Origin: a virus
Strand: one strand, 5' to 3'
Virus record (IMG/VR): IMGVR_UViG_3300031555_003913
Span: 1,126 to 65,125 of that record
DNA: 64,000 bases
Shown here: piece after piece, positions 62,506-64,000 of the stretch
Position numbering within the stretch: position 1 is the first letter of the stretch
How the letters are laid out: each line of letters begins with the position of its first letter
Made by a program: the position numbers and the translations under genes
Notes under the pieces: generated by a model
The model's input: the letters and a program-made list of their open reading frames with translations, nothing else
What the model was told of the DNA's origin: nothing
Databases searched by the model: none

Positions 62506-62973
62506 ATGGCAGATACTGCAGTAACTACAATTCTGTCAGTTTGTGCTACTACCGGTGAACGAGTTAAAGAGCTGCCTGTCTCAAACGGGCAGCTTATTTT
62601 CGTTCAAGATAAACATAGAATTGCCCTTGATTTTAACAATAAACGTAGATTTTATAACCAAATAGAGGAATTATCTACTGACTACGCACGGTCCTCCCTT
62701 CTTGCCCCGGTTTCTGGCATGTATTATTTCGTTATAGAAACGGCCGTGTTATGGACTTATCAAGAGGGTGCGTGGGTTCAGATTACTTCACGACCAGAAG
62801 AAATCATGTTTATCGGTGAAGAACTGCCAGAATTAGGACAAACAAAGACACTGTATGTAGATTCAAATGACAAAGAGATATCGATTTGGGATGAGTCTGC
62901 AGGTAATTATGTAGTGGTTTCTGATTACACAAAAGAAATTACTGCTGATGATATTGAAAATCTTTTTAAATAA
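62506..62973 (+). CDS. Hypothetical fibre-associated protein
   Basis: GGAGGT RBS; LP..NGQLIFV.D. Confidence 0.65.
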   Translation: MADTAVTTILSVCATTGERVKELPVSNGQLIFVQDKHRIALDFNNKRRFYNQIEELSTDYARSSLLAPVSGMYYFVIETAVLWTYQEGAWVQITSRPEEIMFIGEELPELGQTKTLYVDSNDKEISIWDESAGNYVVVSDYTKEITADDIENLFK

Positions 62974-62986
62974 TGGAGGATAAAAT

Positions 62987-64000
62987 ATGGCTGTTGAAAG
63001 AAAGTACTTATCTTTAGATAAATTAGGTCTGTATGATGAGAAAATTAAGAAAGTCATCTCTGATGGTGACTCTGCTACACTGAAGTCTGCGAAGGATTAT
63101 GCTGATGAACTGGCTGATAATTATGATGCTGCTGGTGCAGCTGCTACTGCTGAAGCAAACGCTAAGAAGTATGCAGATGAACAGGTAGCTGCTGAAAAGC
63201 AGAGAGCAGAAGCTAAGGAACAGGCTAACGCTACTGCTGCTGCTACTGCTCAGTCCGCTGCTGAAGCTGCTCAGGCTGCTGCTGATAAGGCTCAGGAAGA
63301 TGTAGATGCATTAGCTGGTAAGGTTGGTGCAGTTCCTGAAGGTTCTACTGTAATGGGTATTATCGAAGAAATTCAGGAAGATATGTATGATGATACAGAA
63401 GTTAGAGGTCTGATTGCTGGCTTAGAATCTAATAAGGCTGACAAGACTCAGGTTGCTTCTGACATTGCTACTGCTAAGACTGAATTAGAAGGTAAGATTA
63501 ATCTGAAGGCTGACCAGACTGCTCTGGATGAAGTTTCTGGTGTTGCTAATGCAGCTGCTACTAAGGTTGCTTTAGAAGCAGAAGTTAAGAGAGCAACTGA
63601 CGAAGAAGCTAGAATCGTTGGTCTGGTAGAAGCAGAAGCAGAACGTGCTGCTGGCGTAGAAGAAGATTTCGAAAGCAGAATTGCTACTATGGAAGTGTTC
63701 TGGGATACTACAGAAGATGCTGACGGTGTAGTTAATAAGCTGAAGGAAATTCAGGAATACATTGCTGGTGACGAAACTGGTGCAGCTGAAATGGCTGGTA
63801 GCATTCAGGCTAATACTAAGGCTATTGAAGCAATGGATAAGGCTTACAAGGCTGCTGACACTACATTACAGGGTAATATTGATACTCTGGCTGGTACTGT
63901 AGCTACTAAGGCTGCTCAGGCTGATTTAGAAGCTGCTGTTGGTAGAATTGGTACTTTAGAAACCGCTTCTGCAAAACATGCTTTAGCTGCTGATTTAGAA
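62987..64000 (+). CDS. Fibre-like coiled-coil protein (truncated by the window end)
   Basis: GGAGG RBS; MAVERKYLSLDKLGLYDEKIKK...; shares LKEIQEY...GAAEM with 60803..62485. Confidence 0.75.
   Translation, partial: MAVERKYLSLDKLGLYDEKIKKVISDGDSATLKSAKDYADELADNYDAAGAAATAEANAKKYADEQVAAEKQRAEAKEQANATAAATAQSAAEAAQAAADKAQEDVDALAGKVGAVPEGSTVMGIIEEIQEDMYDDTEVRGLIAGLESNKADKTQVASDIATAKTELEGKINLKADQTALDEVSGVANAAATKVALEAEVKRATDEEARIVGLVEAEAERAAGVEEDFESRIATMEVFWDTTEDADGVVNKLKEIQEYIAGDETGAAEMAGSIQANTKAIEAMDKAYKAADTTLQGNIDTLAGTVATKAAQADLEAAVGRIGTLETASAKHALAADLE

Overview
The window is a segment of a large SPbeta-like (YonO-encoding) phage or prophage of a low-GC Firmicute. Bases 1-2.1 kb hold small minus-strand early-type genes. 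A palindrome-rich intergenic region follows, then a long plus-strand block: tyrosine recombinase, BRO protein, YonO-type single-subunit RNA polymerase, metallophosphoesterase, GIY-YIG endonuclease, HU, three tRNAs, terminase, portal, capsid, tail genes, a second tyrosine recombinase, tape measure, and tail-tip/fibre genes. I read eight group I introns, two each in the RNA polymerase, terminase, tape measure and a roughly 2,420-aa CotH-like tail protein. For each, the P1/P10/P7 pairings are visible and splicing restores the frame. Four introns carry homing endonucleases and three are ORF-less. The best candidate for a new system is tape-measure intron 2 (35832-38394, 2.56 kb). It has no recognisable endonuclease, but its P9 loop holds a multi-gene cargo island: a GNAT toxin/antitoxin-like pair with its own promoter and terminator, membrane peptides, Zn-ribbon genes, and a relic of an earlier cargo paralog. 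Two introns have non-canonical 5' splice-site pairs (C-A and C-G instead of U-G). All calls are from manual reading; no searches were run.
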